From NCBI RefSeq assembly GCF_964355755.1, contig NC_092674.1, positions 8,804,001 through 8,868,000 on the forward strand: a DNA stretch of 64,000 nucleotides, written 5' to 3'. Both the position numbers and the translations under genes were made by a program. The notes beneath the pieces are model-generated. The model made no database searches and was not told the origin of the DNA. It saw nothing but the letters and a program-made list of their open reading frames with translations. Positions within the stretch are counted from its first letter, which is position 1, and every line of letters begins with the position of its first letter. This document shows positions 10,872 to 24,089 of this stretch, piece by piece. Source of the DNA: Antedon mediterranea. Lineage: Eukaryota; Animalia; Echinodermata.

Positions 10872-13800
10872 CTTAGATTTATAAAAATTATATATATATA
10901 TTAATCTTACATTATATAATAGAATTATATTTATCTTTTTCGGACATCATGCAACCTAGTACATAAATATTTTAACAAAAGGACAGACAATAGTGAACCT
11001 CTGCATATTTATTTCCATTGCAGAGTTCTTTAGCGACCACAAAACATTTTATAAAATATTTTTAAAGCTACTCTTCCATTTATTGAGAAATAATTGCTTA
11101 TTAAAATTGTTTGTAAAAGAGTATTTTAAATCCAAATCAAATATTCCAAATCATATCTACAGCTTAGAAACGTTGAAAACGCATATTTTAAAATGAATTT
11201 ATACCTAGTAATTATATCTGCTTTGTTTTCTTGTTTATTGTACAATCATTTTTGTGATGTTTCTTTCCCGAATGAATTATTCCAAAGACAATATCTGTAC
11301 ATTTAAAATCCTGTTTGCAATATTCAGTGACTCATTTGAAGTTTTATTTTATTTTTTAAAACGTGGCCAAAATTATCTATTTAAGTGACTTGTGTCTGTA
11401 AAATATATAAAAAAAAAGTTACATATAATGTTTGAAGTTTGAAAACAGGTTTTGACAGTTGTGTGGGGATAAAGCTTTTGGGAAATTTATTTTGCGTTTA
11501 AGTGCCTTAATGTTGCCAGAGAGTGTATTTACTGTACTTGCTTTTTAATGTATATATTGCTGTTAATGATCAAATCTAACAATTGTATAAGAACACTAGT
11601 TTGCCATTGAACGCTCTTTTTAGCAATGATACATTTTTATTACAGAGCAGTCAATATTTCTTCCCAACAATCACTCAATTCAAAATAAAAATTTTGTAAT
11701 AATATTTTAGACTCAATATATTGAATCAATATCAAAATCAAACTTATATTCGGTCACCTTACTCTAATCAAATTTTGCATACAAATAAAACGTGTTTTTG
11801 TCCAAATAATATTATTTGGTATGTGGACAAACTTTACCAAAAAACGCACATTATATGCTATATATGATTTTTTTTTTCTGATATAAATTATATCGGAGTT
11901 TTAACTGAAGTAATGCTTATTTGATCATTTAACTTTCTTATACCACTGTGTAAATAGGGAATTTTCGATTTTACATGGTAGTCGACTGGTACTCAGGTTA
12001 ACAGGTATATGGACGTTATGTGTGGACATGTATGTTGACACGCCAGATTCAGCCAGAGGCAAATTTCCATGAATGAAGGCCAGTGATAGGGCACTGAACA
12101 CGTTTAGTCGAAATACAAATATATTTAAAAATACCTTCCCACCGGTCGATTACAATGAGAATATATGACAGATTACGTGTGAACACACAACAAGCTAAAC
12201 CACAGCTAGATAGATAGACCACAATTTAACTCCAATACAGAAAATATTGTGTAAAGATAGTTTCAATGGAGTCCGTCTTGGTTTATAATAAGTAAATGTG
12301 ACATTTCTGTTCTTTATCAATTATGTTAATCCACACTCTAATATGATAATATTTGATGTGTGTTAAGTATAATTTATCATTTTTTGGAAGGAAGAAAAAT
12401 ATTATTTACAGTGTAAAGAGATTAAATAAAATGAATTTAAAACTATTTTCAACAAATTAAAAATATTAGAATATGAATTATAAAAAAAAATGAATTTAAA
12501 TAACATTAATAATTTAATGTTAACACTGCGATGGGAATATTTAAATATTGAATAATTAAATCATAGAATTTTATTATATTTTTCATTCAAATTTAAGCTC
12601 TGTGGTTTAATTTATATGTACTGTACTTAATTAAATTTGGTCTGTTTTAGAAATGTAAATAGTTGTTATGTAAATGTCTGCAAATGCTTTGGTCAATTGC
12701 AGAATATATTTAAGGTAAATATTTCTGGGTTCGCTATTCGACTTCTAAATTCAAACACAAATTTTCTTCCGAAAGACATTTTGCTTAATATAAATTTATT
12801 TTTCTTTAATGTAAATGGGAATAATGTTGGTTCTAAATTTTAAATTGATCATAAAGTTACAGTATTATTTTAAAATTATCTTTTAAAATCACAAACATTC
12901 CTTGGTTGTTTCCATGGTTTCGATACAGATAACATTAACCCTTGACCTTTTTAAATTTTCAGATTTATTGTAATTTTCTTTTGATGAAATATATATATAT
13001 ATAAATTTATCAATGCTTTCTGCTATTTGTATTATTAATATGTATTGAATTTAAATAAGACATTTTAAACAAAAAAAAAGTAATATTAATGTACAGTGTG
13101 TGTACAGGTAGGCCTATGCTTTGTAAAAATTTAAGAAAAGTGTTTCACTCATCATTCATTCAAAAAGACTTTTTGTCATTGCCTTTTTCTCATGAAATGT
13201 ACTTATTGTGTTGCTTTGTGTACATCATTTGTGTACAGAAAAAGAATGTATTTTACTTTCCGTAAATGATCAAATTTGGTAACGTTTAATTTAATTTGAC
13301 TACAACATAAAGTGGTGTTAGATTATTACATATTTTTTGCAACAATATACATGTCAACACAAAAGAAGTTTCAAATACGCATGCTGAGCAATAATAATTT
13401 AAGATCGTCCGACGACTTGACGAAAATTGCCAAATCAAATTCAAACATCTGTGAATCAGAATTTCAGGTCCTTGCCAAAGCTCTCTATTTAAGTGTTACT
13501 CTCTACTATACATCTACAGCACTGCACCTCAAATTTGGTCATTTACAGTACATATACTCAAACAGTTTGTTGTTTTAAAATTATGATTTACTTGTTAGTG
13601 GTAATGATACCAGTAACTAATATTAATTGTGTAGTCAATTATTGAATATTTAAAACTAAAATAGAGTTGTATCTATAAAGAAAAAAAACTTTCATTGGTA
13701 ATGTTGTATGAAATGGTCCTGTTTAATTGGGTATATTTTAGCAACCCTCTGGCAATTTGTGCTGTGGTCAGATGGGTATGGCTATGTTATAATAAAGTGG

Positions 13801-14254
13801 GCTATTTGTAATTGGGTGTTGCCAGAAAAATCATTCAAAACTGTATTTGTATCTGCTGGCGTCTTTATATTTCTCAGAATTTAGGCGTCTTGATTCTTTT
13901 AAATTATTTGTTACATAATATTTTTGTTTGTATTACATCATTTATTTTAATAATTACTTAAGGTTCTAAGATGTTAATATATTTTTAAGTACTGTAGTTT
14001 GATAACAGTGTCTTCAATTTAGTTCAATTTTATGTAATATGTATTTTTAGTCATACATGTATTATGAATGAATTTGTATGTATATACATATATACACATA
14101 CACACAAATATACATTTGTATATATATATTCAGTGCACATAACATTGCATATGTATATACAAATGCGGTATATTGTACAGTACATCTGATAAAATACTTT
14201 TGGTTAAATGTTCTTTCAACGGTGCCTACTTATTTTTACTAGCTATTACATTCC

Positions 14255-14382
14255 TTTACAATAAAATTTAATGACAAAAAACAAGAATATCGACGTTTCG
14301 GAACCATCATGGAACGTCGATCTTCTTGTTTTGTTGTCATTAAATTTTATTGTAAAGTTATATAGTAAGCGTCTATTAATTC
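14255..14382. mobile_element. Truncated Penelope-like (PLE) pseudo-LTR insertion with inverted segment and partial hammerhead
   Basis: 12-bp TSD CTATTACATTCC (14243-14254 and 14383-14394). About 44-bp inverted arms (14254-14297 and 14313-14357). The minus strand reads CCATGATGGTTCC-GAAA-CGTC, a hammerhead 3' half. Confidence 0.6.
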
Positions 14383-14607
14383 CTATTACATTCCCCTCCT
14401 AAAATCACATTTATGTAAACAGTTGACAGAAATTGTAGCCTACGTTTTAGTAGTACTAAGTAAACCTAGTTGGTTCACCGGTTTGTTCTTAATTTAGGCC
14501 AAGAAAATGTTATCCAAGTGGTTTGAAAACATCTGGGTCGGTCATCTCTATTTTCTCATATTTATATATGGGGCGTGAACTTATTTTACCACTTATCATG
14601 TTTATAT

Positions 14608-14808
14608 TGGTTGGTTCCCACTTGGGCGTAAAAGCACCGCAAGTAATTTGACCAATCACGACGTGATGGATCATCTGAACTGCTGCTTGTGAATAGTGAC
14701 TGTGGTTAGTTTAAATCTTGGTTCTCATAAGCCACAACGCAACCGAGCAGTTCTGGTGATTCATCGCATCGTTATTGGTTTGATACTATACTAGTGGGAA
14801 CCAAGCTT
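14608..14808. mobile_element. Degenerate PIF/Harbinger-type MITE
   Basis: Inverted TTGGTTCCCACT (14611-14622) and AGTGGGAACCAA (14793-14804); TSD not clear. Confidence 0.5.
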
Positions 14809-15790
14809 GACTATTTGCTTTCTTCCTTTTGAAACCAAACAACAGTCACGGTACAGCCTCTGGTCAAATTGGAACAACTAGCATAATTTTCGTCTATGGT
14901 TCCATACAATGTCCGCTCTTAATTATTACTTTCGACCGACCCTCGTTTTCAAGTTTCCTTACTTGGGTACAAATTTAATGGCCGTTTTATCCCGCTAGAT
15001 GTTACAAGGGATTAAGATATCTCGTCTATTTTTGAATGTTTAATAAGCTGCATGCTGAATAACTGTAAGCTTGAAGAAAAAAAAACGAAAAATTGATCTA
15101 AGACTTGTCTGTCATACATTTAGTGAAGGCAATTTGTTTGTAGTGAATGTCCATTATTTAGATTACAATTATTTACATATAGGCATACAGTATTCTAATT
15201 TCAACTCAATCTCTCTTCACTTACATGTATTTGTTTCGTTGACTTCGTGATGATCAAATGTAACACCTGCACTATGTGCTGTTCTATTTATAGAAGTTTT
15301 AACTCTCTATCCTTGTTCTAAAAATAGACTTTCTATTTATAGATCCATTGAATTCGTTGAATACTTGTTCTAATAGCCTATGTATGTCTAGCTATTTATG
15401 TTTATATTGTACAATTGTTCTTTTTAACTTAATCAACTCAACATGGGGCAAAGAAGACGCATGTTTTGTCTGTGTGCAAAAATATACTTTATGTCGATGT
15501 AATTTTAGTCTTCTTTCTAAGGGCTATGTTCTGTTTGTGGTTGCTATGGACTGACATCAATTATGTCCTTAAAGAAAGACCATTTCAATTAATTCAATCA
15601 TTTTGGTCAATAAAACATATTTAATCAGAAAACAGAATTACTCCGTAACGCAATTATTTTTGGATATGGTAGTGTGTTAATGATTGAGACAAATGTACCT
15701 AAAAAGTGACACAAAAACCTTCACTGTCCGAATCAGTGACTGAGATCATCTGCAAGATTTAACCAAGTCAGACCTAGGCTATCAAAAAAC

Positions 15791-16730
15791 TGATAGCCTT
15801 GGTCAGCTATGGGTTAAATAGTCGAAGATGTAAGTCCGGATAGCCTTGGTCAGACATCATTCCCAGAATGGGTTAAATAGTCGAAGATGAAAGTCCTGAT
15901 AGCCTTGGTCAGACATCATTCCCAGAATGGGTTAAATAGTCGAAGATGAAATCCTGATAGCCTTGGTCAGACATCATTCCCAGAATGGGTTAAATAGTCG
16001 AAGATGAAAGTCTTGATAGCCTTGGTCAGACATCATTCCCAGAATGTGTTAAATAATCGATGATGAAAGTCATGACAACCTTGGTCAGACATCATTCCCA
16101 GAATGGGTTAAATAGTCGAAGATGAAAGTCCCGATAGCCTTGGTCAGACATCATTCCCAGAATGGGTTAAATAGTCGAAGATGAAAGTCCCGACAACCTT
16201 GGTCAGACATCATTCCCAGAATGGGTTAAATAGTCGAAGATGAAAGTCCTGATAGCCTTGGTCAGACATCATTCCCAGAATGGGTTAAATAGTCGAAGAT
16301 GAAATTCCTGATAGCCTTGGTCAGACATCATTCCCAGAATTGGTTAAATAGTCGAAGATGAAAGTTCTGATAGCCTTGGCCAGACATCATTCCCCATTCC
16401 CAGAATAGGTTAAATAGTCGAAGATGAAAGTCCTGATAGCCTTGGTCAGACATCATTCCCAGAATGGGTTAAATAGTCGAAGATGAAAGTTCTGATAGCC
16501 TTGGCCAGACATCATTCCCAGAATAGGTTAAATAGTCGAAGATGAAAGTCGTGACAACCTTGGTCAGACATCATTCCCAGAATGGGTTAAATAGTCGAAG
16601 ATGAAAGTTCTGATAGCCTTGGCCAGACATCATTCCCAGAATGGGTTAAATAGTCGAAGATGAAAGTCCTGATAGCCTTGGTCAGACATCATTCCCAGAA
16701 TGGGTTAAATAATCGAAGATAGAAGTCCTG
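15791..16730. repeat. 59-bp satellite, about 15-16 copies
   Basis: TGATAGCCTTGGTCAGACATCATTCCCAGAATGGGTTAAATAGTCGAAGATGAAAGTCC in tandem. Confidence 0.95.
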
Positions 16731-16923
16731 AATGCAGTGCTGATAATTTTCAAAAGTATGCAGCGCCGATAGCTTCTGCATCTCCAGCAAGCAGCTACAT
16801 CCCCCGAAAATTATTTTTAAAACAGATTATTTCAGGCTGTACTACAATATAGGATTGCAATGCTATATTTGAAAACATTGTTAGAAAAACCCGTGACTGT
16901 TTAGAATTAGGTGGAAAAAATGA

Positions 16924-17091
16924 TTTGCACATTTGTAGAATTTCATTTGCACATTTAACGTCAAAACTAATCGTTTTTACATTTAACGGCGTGATGTTTG
17001 CACATTAGTGAATTATACCTTTTTACAGATTTGCACATTTGAGGGTGCCATGTTTGCACAAATGTGGTTGTTTGCACATTTGAAGGCAACA
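16924..17091. mobile_element. Possible single end of a DNA transposon with iterated TTGCACATTT sub-terminal motifs (Ginger-like terminus ...GGCAACA)
   Basis: About 7 TT(G/T)CACATT motifs ending in ATTTGAAGGCAACA; no partner end found. Confidence 0.35.
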
Positions 17092-17243
17092 TGTTTGAAC
17101 AAACTGTTCAGCTTATATGGTTATTTTTTTACCAATGGCACAATTTGTTCGACGAATACTATTTCGTTATGTATTTATATCATATAGGAAGTTTGATTAT
17201 TTGAATAACGCATTTTAAAATCTTTCTTACATTTGCCTTTTTA

Positions 17244-20200
17244 TATATATGCGCAAATATTGCTTTGTATCATCTTATATCATAGTAAACAGTTTGTCGA
17301 AAAATAAAAGGGTCGAAATTTTGCAATTTTCGATATTTTGGGAATTTGTTAAATGGTTACTATAGTAGGCTATAATAAACATGCACAGAGTCGAAAAAAT
17401 GCGTTCTGCGCATATCAATTGTGCTATAGTACAGGAAAATTTTCGAAAAATGGCATATTTTCGACCCTTTTATTTTTTGACATAAATGGTTACTACAGCA
17501 TAATAAACATGCACCTTCGAAAAATGCGTTCTGCGCATATCAATTGTGCTACAGTAACCAGTTTTATCGAAAAATAAAAAGGGCGAAAATTGGCCATTTT
17601 TCGAAAAAATCCCTGTACTATAGTACAGGGAAATTTTCGAAAAATAGCCAATTTTCGACCCTTTTATTTTTTGACATAAATGGTTACTATAGCATAATAA
17701 ACATGCGCAGAGTCAAAAAATGGGTTCTGCGCATGTCAATTGTGCTATAGTAACCAGTTTTATAGAAAAATAAAAAGGTCGAAAATTGGCCATTTTTGGA
17801 AAAAATCCCTGTAGGCCTACTATAGTACAGGGATATTTTCGAAAAATAGCCAATTTTCGACCCTTTTATTTTTTGACATAAATGGTTACAATAGCTTAAT
17901 AAACATGCGTAGAGTCAAAAAATGTGTTCTGCGCATGTCAATTGTGCTATAGTAACCAGTTTTATAGAAAAATATAAAGGGCGAAAATTTGCCATTTTTG
18001 GAAAAAATCCCTGTACTATAGTACAGGCATATTTTCGAAAAATAGCCAATTTTCGACCCTTTTATTTGTTGACATAAATGGTTACTATAGCATAATAAAC
18101 ATGCGCAGAGTCAAAAAATTGGTTCTCCGTATGCCAATTGTGCTATAGTTACCAGTTTTATAGAAAAATAAAAAGGACGAAAATTGGAAATTTTTGGAAA
18201 AAATCCCTCTACTATAGTTCAGGGAAACTTTCGAAAAAATGGCAACTTTTGACCCTTTTATTTTTTGACATAAATGGTTACTATAGTATAATAAACATGC
18301 GTTGAAGTTGAAAAATGCGTTCTGCGCATGTCAATTGTGCTACAGTAACCAGTTTTATAGAAAAATAAAAAGGTCGAAAATTGGCCATTTTTGGAAAAAT
18401 TCACTGTACAAGAAAATTTTCGAAAAATAGCCAATTTTTTACCCTTTTATTATTTGACATAAATTGTTACTATAGTTCAATAAACATGCGCAGAGTCGAA
18501 AAATGCGTTCTGCGTATGTCAATTGTGCTACAGTAACCAGTTTTATCGAAAAATAAAAAGGTCAAAAATTGGACATTTTTGGAAAATTTCCCTGTACTAT
18601 AGTACAGGCATATTTTCGAAAAATAGCCAATTTTAGACCCTTTTATTTTTTGACATAAATGGTTACAATAGCATAATAAACATGCGTAGAGTCAAAAAAT
18701 GGGTTCTTCGCATGTAAATTGTGCTATAGTAACCAGTTTTATAGAAAAACAAAAAGGGCGAAAATTGGCCATTTTTGGAAAAAATCCCTGTACTATAGTA
18801 CAGGAAAATTTTCGAAAAATAGCCAATTTTTTACCCTTTTATTTTTTGACATAAATGGTTACTATAGCATAATAAACATGTGCAGAGTCGAAAAATGTGT
18901 TCTGCGCATGTCAATTGTGCTATAGTAACCAGTTTTATAGAAAAATATAAAGGGCGAAAATTGGTCATTTTTGAAAAAAATCTCTATACTATAGTACAGG
19001 CATATTTTCGAAAAATAGCCAATTTTCGACCCTTTTATTTGTTGACATAAATGGTTACTATAGCATAATAAACATGCGCAGAGTCAAAAAATTTGTTCTC
19101 CGTATGCCAATTGTGCTATAGTTACCAGTTTTATAGAAAAATAAAAAGGGCGAAAATTGGCCATTTTTGGAAAATATGCCTGTACTATAGTATAGGGATT
19201 TTTTCCAAAATGGCCAATTTTCACCCTTTTTATTTTTCTATAAAACTGGTTACTATAGACCCTTTTATTTTGTGACATAAATGGTTACAATAGCATAATA
19301 AACATGCGCAGAGTTAAAAAATGGGTTCTTCGCATGTAAATTGTGCTATAGTAACCAGTTTTATAGAAAAATAAAAAGGGCGAAAATTGGCCATTTTTTG
19401 AAAATATATACTATAGTATAGGGATTTTTTCCAAAATGGCCAATTTTCGCCCTTTTTATTTTTCTATAAAACTGGTCTATAGTATTTTTGGAAAATATGC
19501 CTGTACTATAGTATAGGGATTTTTTCCAAAATGGCCAATTTTCGCCCTTTTTATTTTTCTATAAAACTGGTTACTATAGACCCTTTTATTTTTTGACATA
19601 AATGGTTACTATAGCATAATAAACATGCGCAGAGTCGAAAAATGGGTTCTGCGCATGTAAATTGTGCTATAGTAACCAGTTTTATAGAAAAATAAAAAGG
19701 GCGAAAATTGGCCATTTTTGGAAAATATGCCTGTACTATAGTATAGGGATTTTTTCCAAAAATGGCCAATTTTCGCCCTTTTTATTTTTCTATAAAACTG
19801 GTTACTATAGACCCTTTTATTTTTTGACATAAATGGTTACAATAGCATAATAAACATGTGCAGAGTCGGAAAATGTGTTCTGCGTATGTCAATTGTGCTA
19901 TAGTAACCAGTTTTATAGAAAAATAAATAGGGCGAAAATTTGCCATTTTTGGAAAAAAATCCCTATACTATAGTACAGGCATATTTTCGAAAAATAGCCA
20001 ATTTTCGACCCTTTTATTTTTTAACATAAATGGTTACTATAGAATAATAAACATGCGCAGAGTCGAAAAATGGGTTCTGCGCATGTAAATTGTGCTATAG
20101 TAACCAGTTTTATAGAAAAATAAAAAGGGCGAAAATTGGCAATTTTTGGAAAATATGCCTGTACTATAGTATAGGTATTTTTTCCAAAATGGCCAATTTT

Positions 20201-22873
20201 CGCCCTTTTTATTTTTCTATAAAACTGGTTACTATAGACCCTTTTATTTTTTGACATAAATGGTTACTATAGCATAATAAACATGTGCAGAGTCGAAAAA
20301 TGTGTTCTGCTTATGTCAATTGTGCTATAGTAACCAGTTTTATAGAAAAATAAAAAGGGCGAAAATTGGCCATTTTACAAAAAAATCCCTGTACAGGCAT
20401 ATTTTCGAAAAATAGCCAATTTTCGACCCTTTTATTTTTTGACATAAATGGTTACTATAGCATAATAAACATGCGCAGAGTCGAAAAATGGGTTCTGCGC
20501 ATGTAAATTGTGTTATAGTAACCAGTTTTATAGAAAAATAAAAAGGGCGAAAATTGGCCATTTTTGGAAAATATGCCTGTACTATAGTATAGGGATTTTT
20601 TCCAAAATGGCCAATTTTCGCCCTTTTTATTTTTCTATAAAACTGGTTACTATAGACCCTTTTATTTTTTGACATAAATGGTTACTATAGCATAATAAAC
20701 ATGCGCAGAGTCGAAAAATGGGTTCTGCGCATGTAAATTGTGCTATAGTAACCAGTTTTATAGAAAAATAAAAAGGGCGAAAATTTGCCATTTTTGGAAA
20801 AAATCCCTGTACAGGAAAATTTTCGAAAAATAGCCAATTTTCGACCTTTTTATTTTTTGACATAAATGGTTACTATAGCATAATAAACATGCGCAGAGTC
20901 GAAAAATGCGTTCTGCGCATGTCTATTGTGTTACAGTAATCAGTTTTATCGAAAAATAAAAAGGGCGAAAATTGGCCATTTTTCAAAAAAATCCCTGTAC
21001 AGGAAAATTTTCGAAAAATAGCCAATTTTCGACCTTTTTATTTTTTGACATAAATGGTTACTATAGCATAATAAACATGCGCAGAGTCGAAAAATGGGTT
21101 CTGTGCATATCAAATTAATTGTGCTATATTAACCAGTTTTATCGAAAAATAAAAAGGTCGAAAATTTGCCATTTTTGGAAAAAATCCCTGTACAGGAAAA
21201 TTTTCGAAAAATAGCCAATTTTCGACCCTATTTTTTTTTTTGGCATAAATGGTTACTATAGCATAATAAACATGCGCAGAGTCAAAAAATGGGTTCTGCG
21301 CATGCAAATTGTGCTATAGTAATCAGTTTTATCGAAAAATAAAAAGGGCGAAAATTGGCCTTTTTGGAAAAAATCCCTGTACTATAGTTCAGGGAAATTT
21401 TCGAAAAATAGCCAAGTTTTGACCCTTTTATTTTTTGACATAAATGGTTACTACATCATAATAAGCATGCGCAGAGTCGAAAAATGCGTTCTGCGCATGT
21501 CAATTGTGCTATAGTAACCAGTTATATAGAAAAATGAAAAGGTCGAAAATTTGCCATTTTCGGAAAAAAAATCCCTGTACTATAGTAAAGGAAAATTTTC
21601 GAAAACTAGCCAATTTTTTACCCTTTTATTTTTTGACATAAATGGTTACTATAGCATAATAAACATGCGCAGAGTCAAAAAATGGGTTCTGCGCATGCCA
21701 ATTGTGCTATAGTAACCAGTTTTATAGAAAAATAAAAAGGTCGAAAATTGGCCATTTTCGGAAAAAAATCCCTGTACTATAGTACAGGAAAATTTTCGAA
21801 AAATAGCCAATTTTCGACCCTATTTTTTTTGGCATAAATGGTTACTATAGCATAATAAACATGCGCAGAGTCAAAAAATGGGTTCTGCGCATGCAAATTG
21901 TGCTATAGTAACCAGTTTTATAGAAAAATAAAAAGATCGAAAATTGGCCATTTTTTTGAAAAAATCCATGTACTATAGTACAGGAAAATTTTCGGAAAAT
22001 AGCCAATTTTTGACCCTTTTATTTTTTGACATAAATGGTTACTATAGCATAATAAACATGCGCAGAGTCGAAAAATGCGTTCTGCGCATGTCTATTGTGT
22101 TACAGTAATCAGTTTTATCGAAAAATAAAAAGGGCGAAAATTGGCCATTTTTCAAAAAAATCCCTGTACAGGGAAATTTTCGAAAAATAGCCAATTTTCG
22201 ACCCTTTTATTTGTTGACATAAATGGTTACTATAGCATAATAAACATGCGCAGAGTCGAAAAATGGGTTCTGTGCATATCAAATTAATTGTGCTATATTA
22301 ACCAGTTTTATCGAAAAATAAAAAGGTCGAAAATTTGCCATTTTTGGAAAAAATCCCTGTACAGGGAAATTTTCGAAAAATAGCCAATTTTCAACCCTTT
22401 TATTTTTTTGACATAAATGGTTACTATAGCATAATAAACGGTTACTATAGCATAATAAACATGCGCAGAGTCGAAAAATGGGTTCTGCGCATATCAATTG
22501 TGCTATATTAACCAGTTTTATCGAAAAATAAAAAGGTTGAAAATTTGCCATTTTTGGAAAACATCCCTGTACTATAAGTTCAGGGAAATTTTCGAAAAAT
22601 TATCAATTTTTGACCCCTTTATTTTTTGACATAAAATGGTTACTATAGCATAATAAACATGCGCAGAGTCGAAAAATGCGTTCTGCACATGTCATTTGTG
22701 CTATAGTAACCAGTTTTATCGAAATATAAAAAGGTTGAAAATTGGCCATTTTCGGGAAAAATCCCTGTACACGGAAATTTTCGAAAAATAGCAAATTTTC
22801 GACCCTTTTATTTAAAAAAAAATGGTTACTATGGTTCTATAAGATGATACAAAGCAATATTTGCGCATATATA
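17244..22873. repeat. About 5.6-kb tandem array of 190-230 bp quasi-palindromic units bracketed by perfect 36-bp inverted repeats (fold-back-like element)
   Basis: The unit contains CTGTACTATAGTACAG and CATGCGCAGA...TCTGCGCATG symmetry centres. 17244-17279 is the exact reverse complement of 22838-22873. Further related sub-terminal copies run to about 23100. Confidence 0.9.
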
Positions 22874-23920
22874 GTCATATTATCGCATAATAATCGAATT
22901 TTAAAAAGTCGATAATTTGGCATTTTCGAGGTTCAGGGATTTTTGATGATACAATTAAAGCAATATATGCGCATATATAGCCATAATATCGCACAATACC
23001 AATCCCTGGATTTTTTTTTCCAAAAATGGCAAAATTTCGACCCTTTTATTTTTCGACAAAACTGGTTACTATGGTTCTATAAGATGATAAAAACAGCAAT
23101 ATCCAAGTTGCTAATTCTATTGACGAAGAACAAGGATGACCAGGCTTGGTTGATTGAGCTTATTCGCAGTGTATGTGTTAAAGCATCCTAACATATTTTG
23201 GAGTTCTGTCAACTTTCAATGCTGAAGGAGATGTTGTATTGGTTGTCCCAGATTCAGACACAACGTTCACCATAGAGAGCATGCTATATATATCATCGTC
23301 ATAGATCATTTTCTATATGATTGGTTGCGCAAGTTTTCGCTTCGAAATCGAGGTACCAATTTTACCAAAGATAGTGTGATTTTACTGAAGCGAAAAACTG
23401 AAAGAAATGGATGGAAAAATGAATACGCATGCGTAAAAGCTGACGCTTTCGATTCGCGCGAACAAATTCGCCTAGTTGAAAATTGGCCTAATGTAGTATA
23501 TAAACAGTGGGTACATATTGTAATCATAGACTATTGCGGTATTTAATTTAAATCAAAATGTATATATGAACTCGTAATTATTGGTTATGCTTTATTGAAG
23601 AATGACGGGTAGAAATGTGATCACTTACAACAAATAAACATGCGGTGACATAATAAGAGCAAGTTTTGTCGAAAATAATCTTGCAATAGCCCCACCAAAC
23701 GGCACATGAATATTCATACTGGTAAAACTTTAGCATATCAATATTGTCCAATTGAAATCGGTGATCTATAGCTAATACTTAACGACTGACTAATGATTAC
23801 CAGTTCGGTACTTCGTAAAGAACTTCTGTATTGTAGTAGCTTAGATACACGCATTTCCAACATGGACTATGTTATTCTATAAATGACGGATTACGGTATA
23901 GGCCAAAATCACAAGATATT

Positions 23921-24089
23921 ATGGAGTTTATTGGAATTATTTTAGTTTTGTGTTTGAATTTGTGTGTTGTATTATGTGGCAGCAGTGTCAGACCCGTAAG
24001 CGAATGCTCCGCTGTGAATGAGAGGTTTATGGATATGTTTGGTGATTATTCATCATCTTCACTTCCATCGAGCAGTAACCCTGTAAAAG
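23921..24089 (+). CDS. GPC5: Glypican exon 1 (signal peptide, first Cys)
   Basis: MEFIGIILVLCLNLCVVLC...ECSAV; donor G|gtattc. Confidence 0.85.

Noticed and set aside
15791-16730. 59-bp array as a CRISPR array or tandem hammerhead (CTGATAG...GAAAG)
   Set aside because: There are no unique spacers and no cas genes, and the context is eukaryotic. The core reads CTGATAG, not CUGANGA, and no stem II closes on GAAA.
17353-22794. Many similar ORFs on both strands (MSKNKRVYSNQFYRK..., MANFRPFYFSIKLV...)
   Set aside because: They are translations of the quasi-palindromic satellite, with frequent indels and no splice logic.
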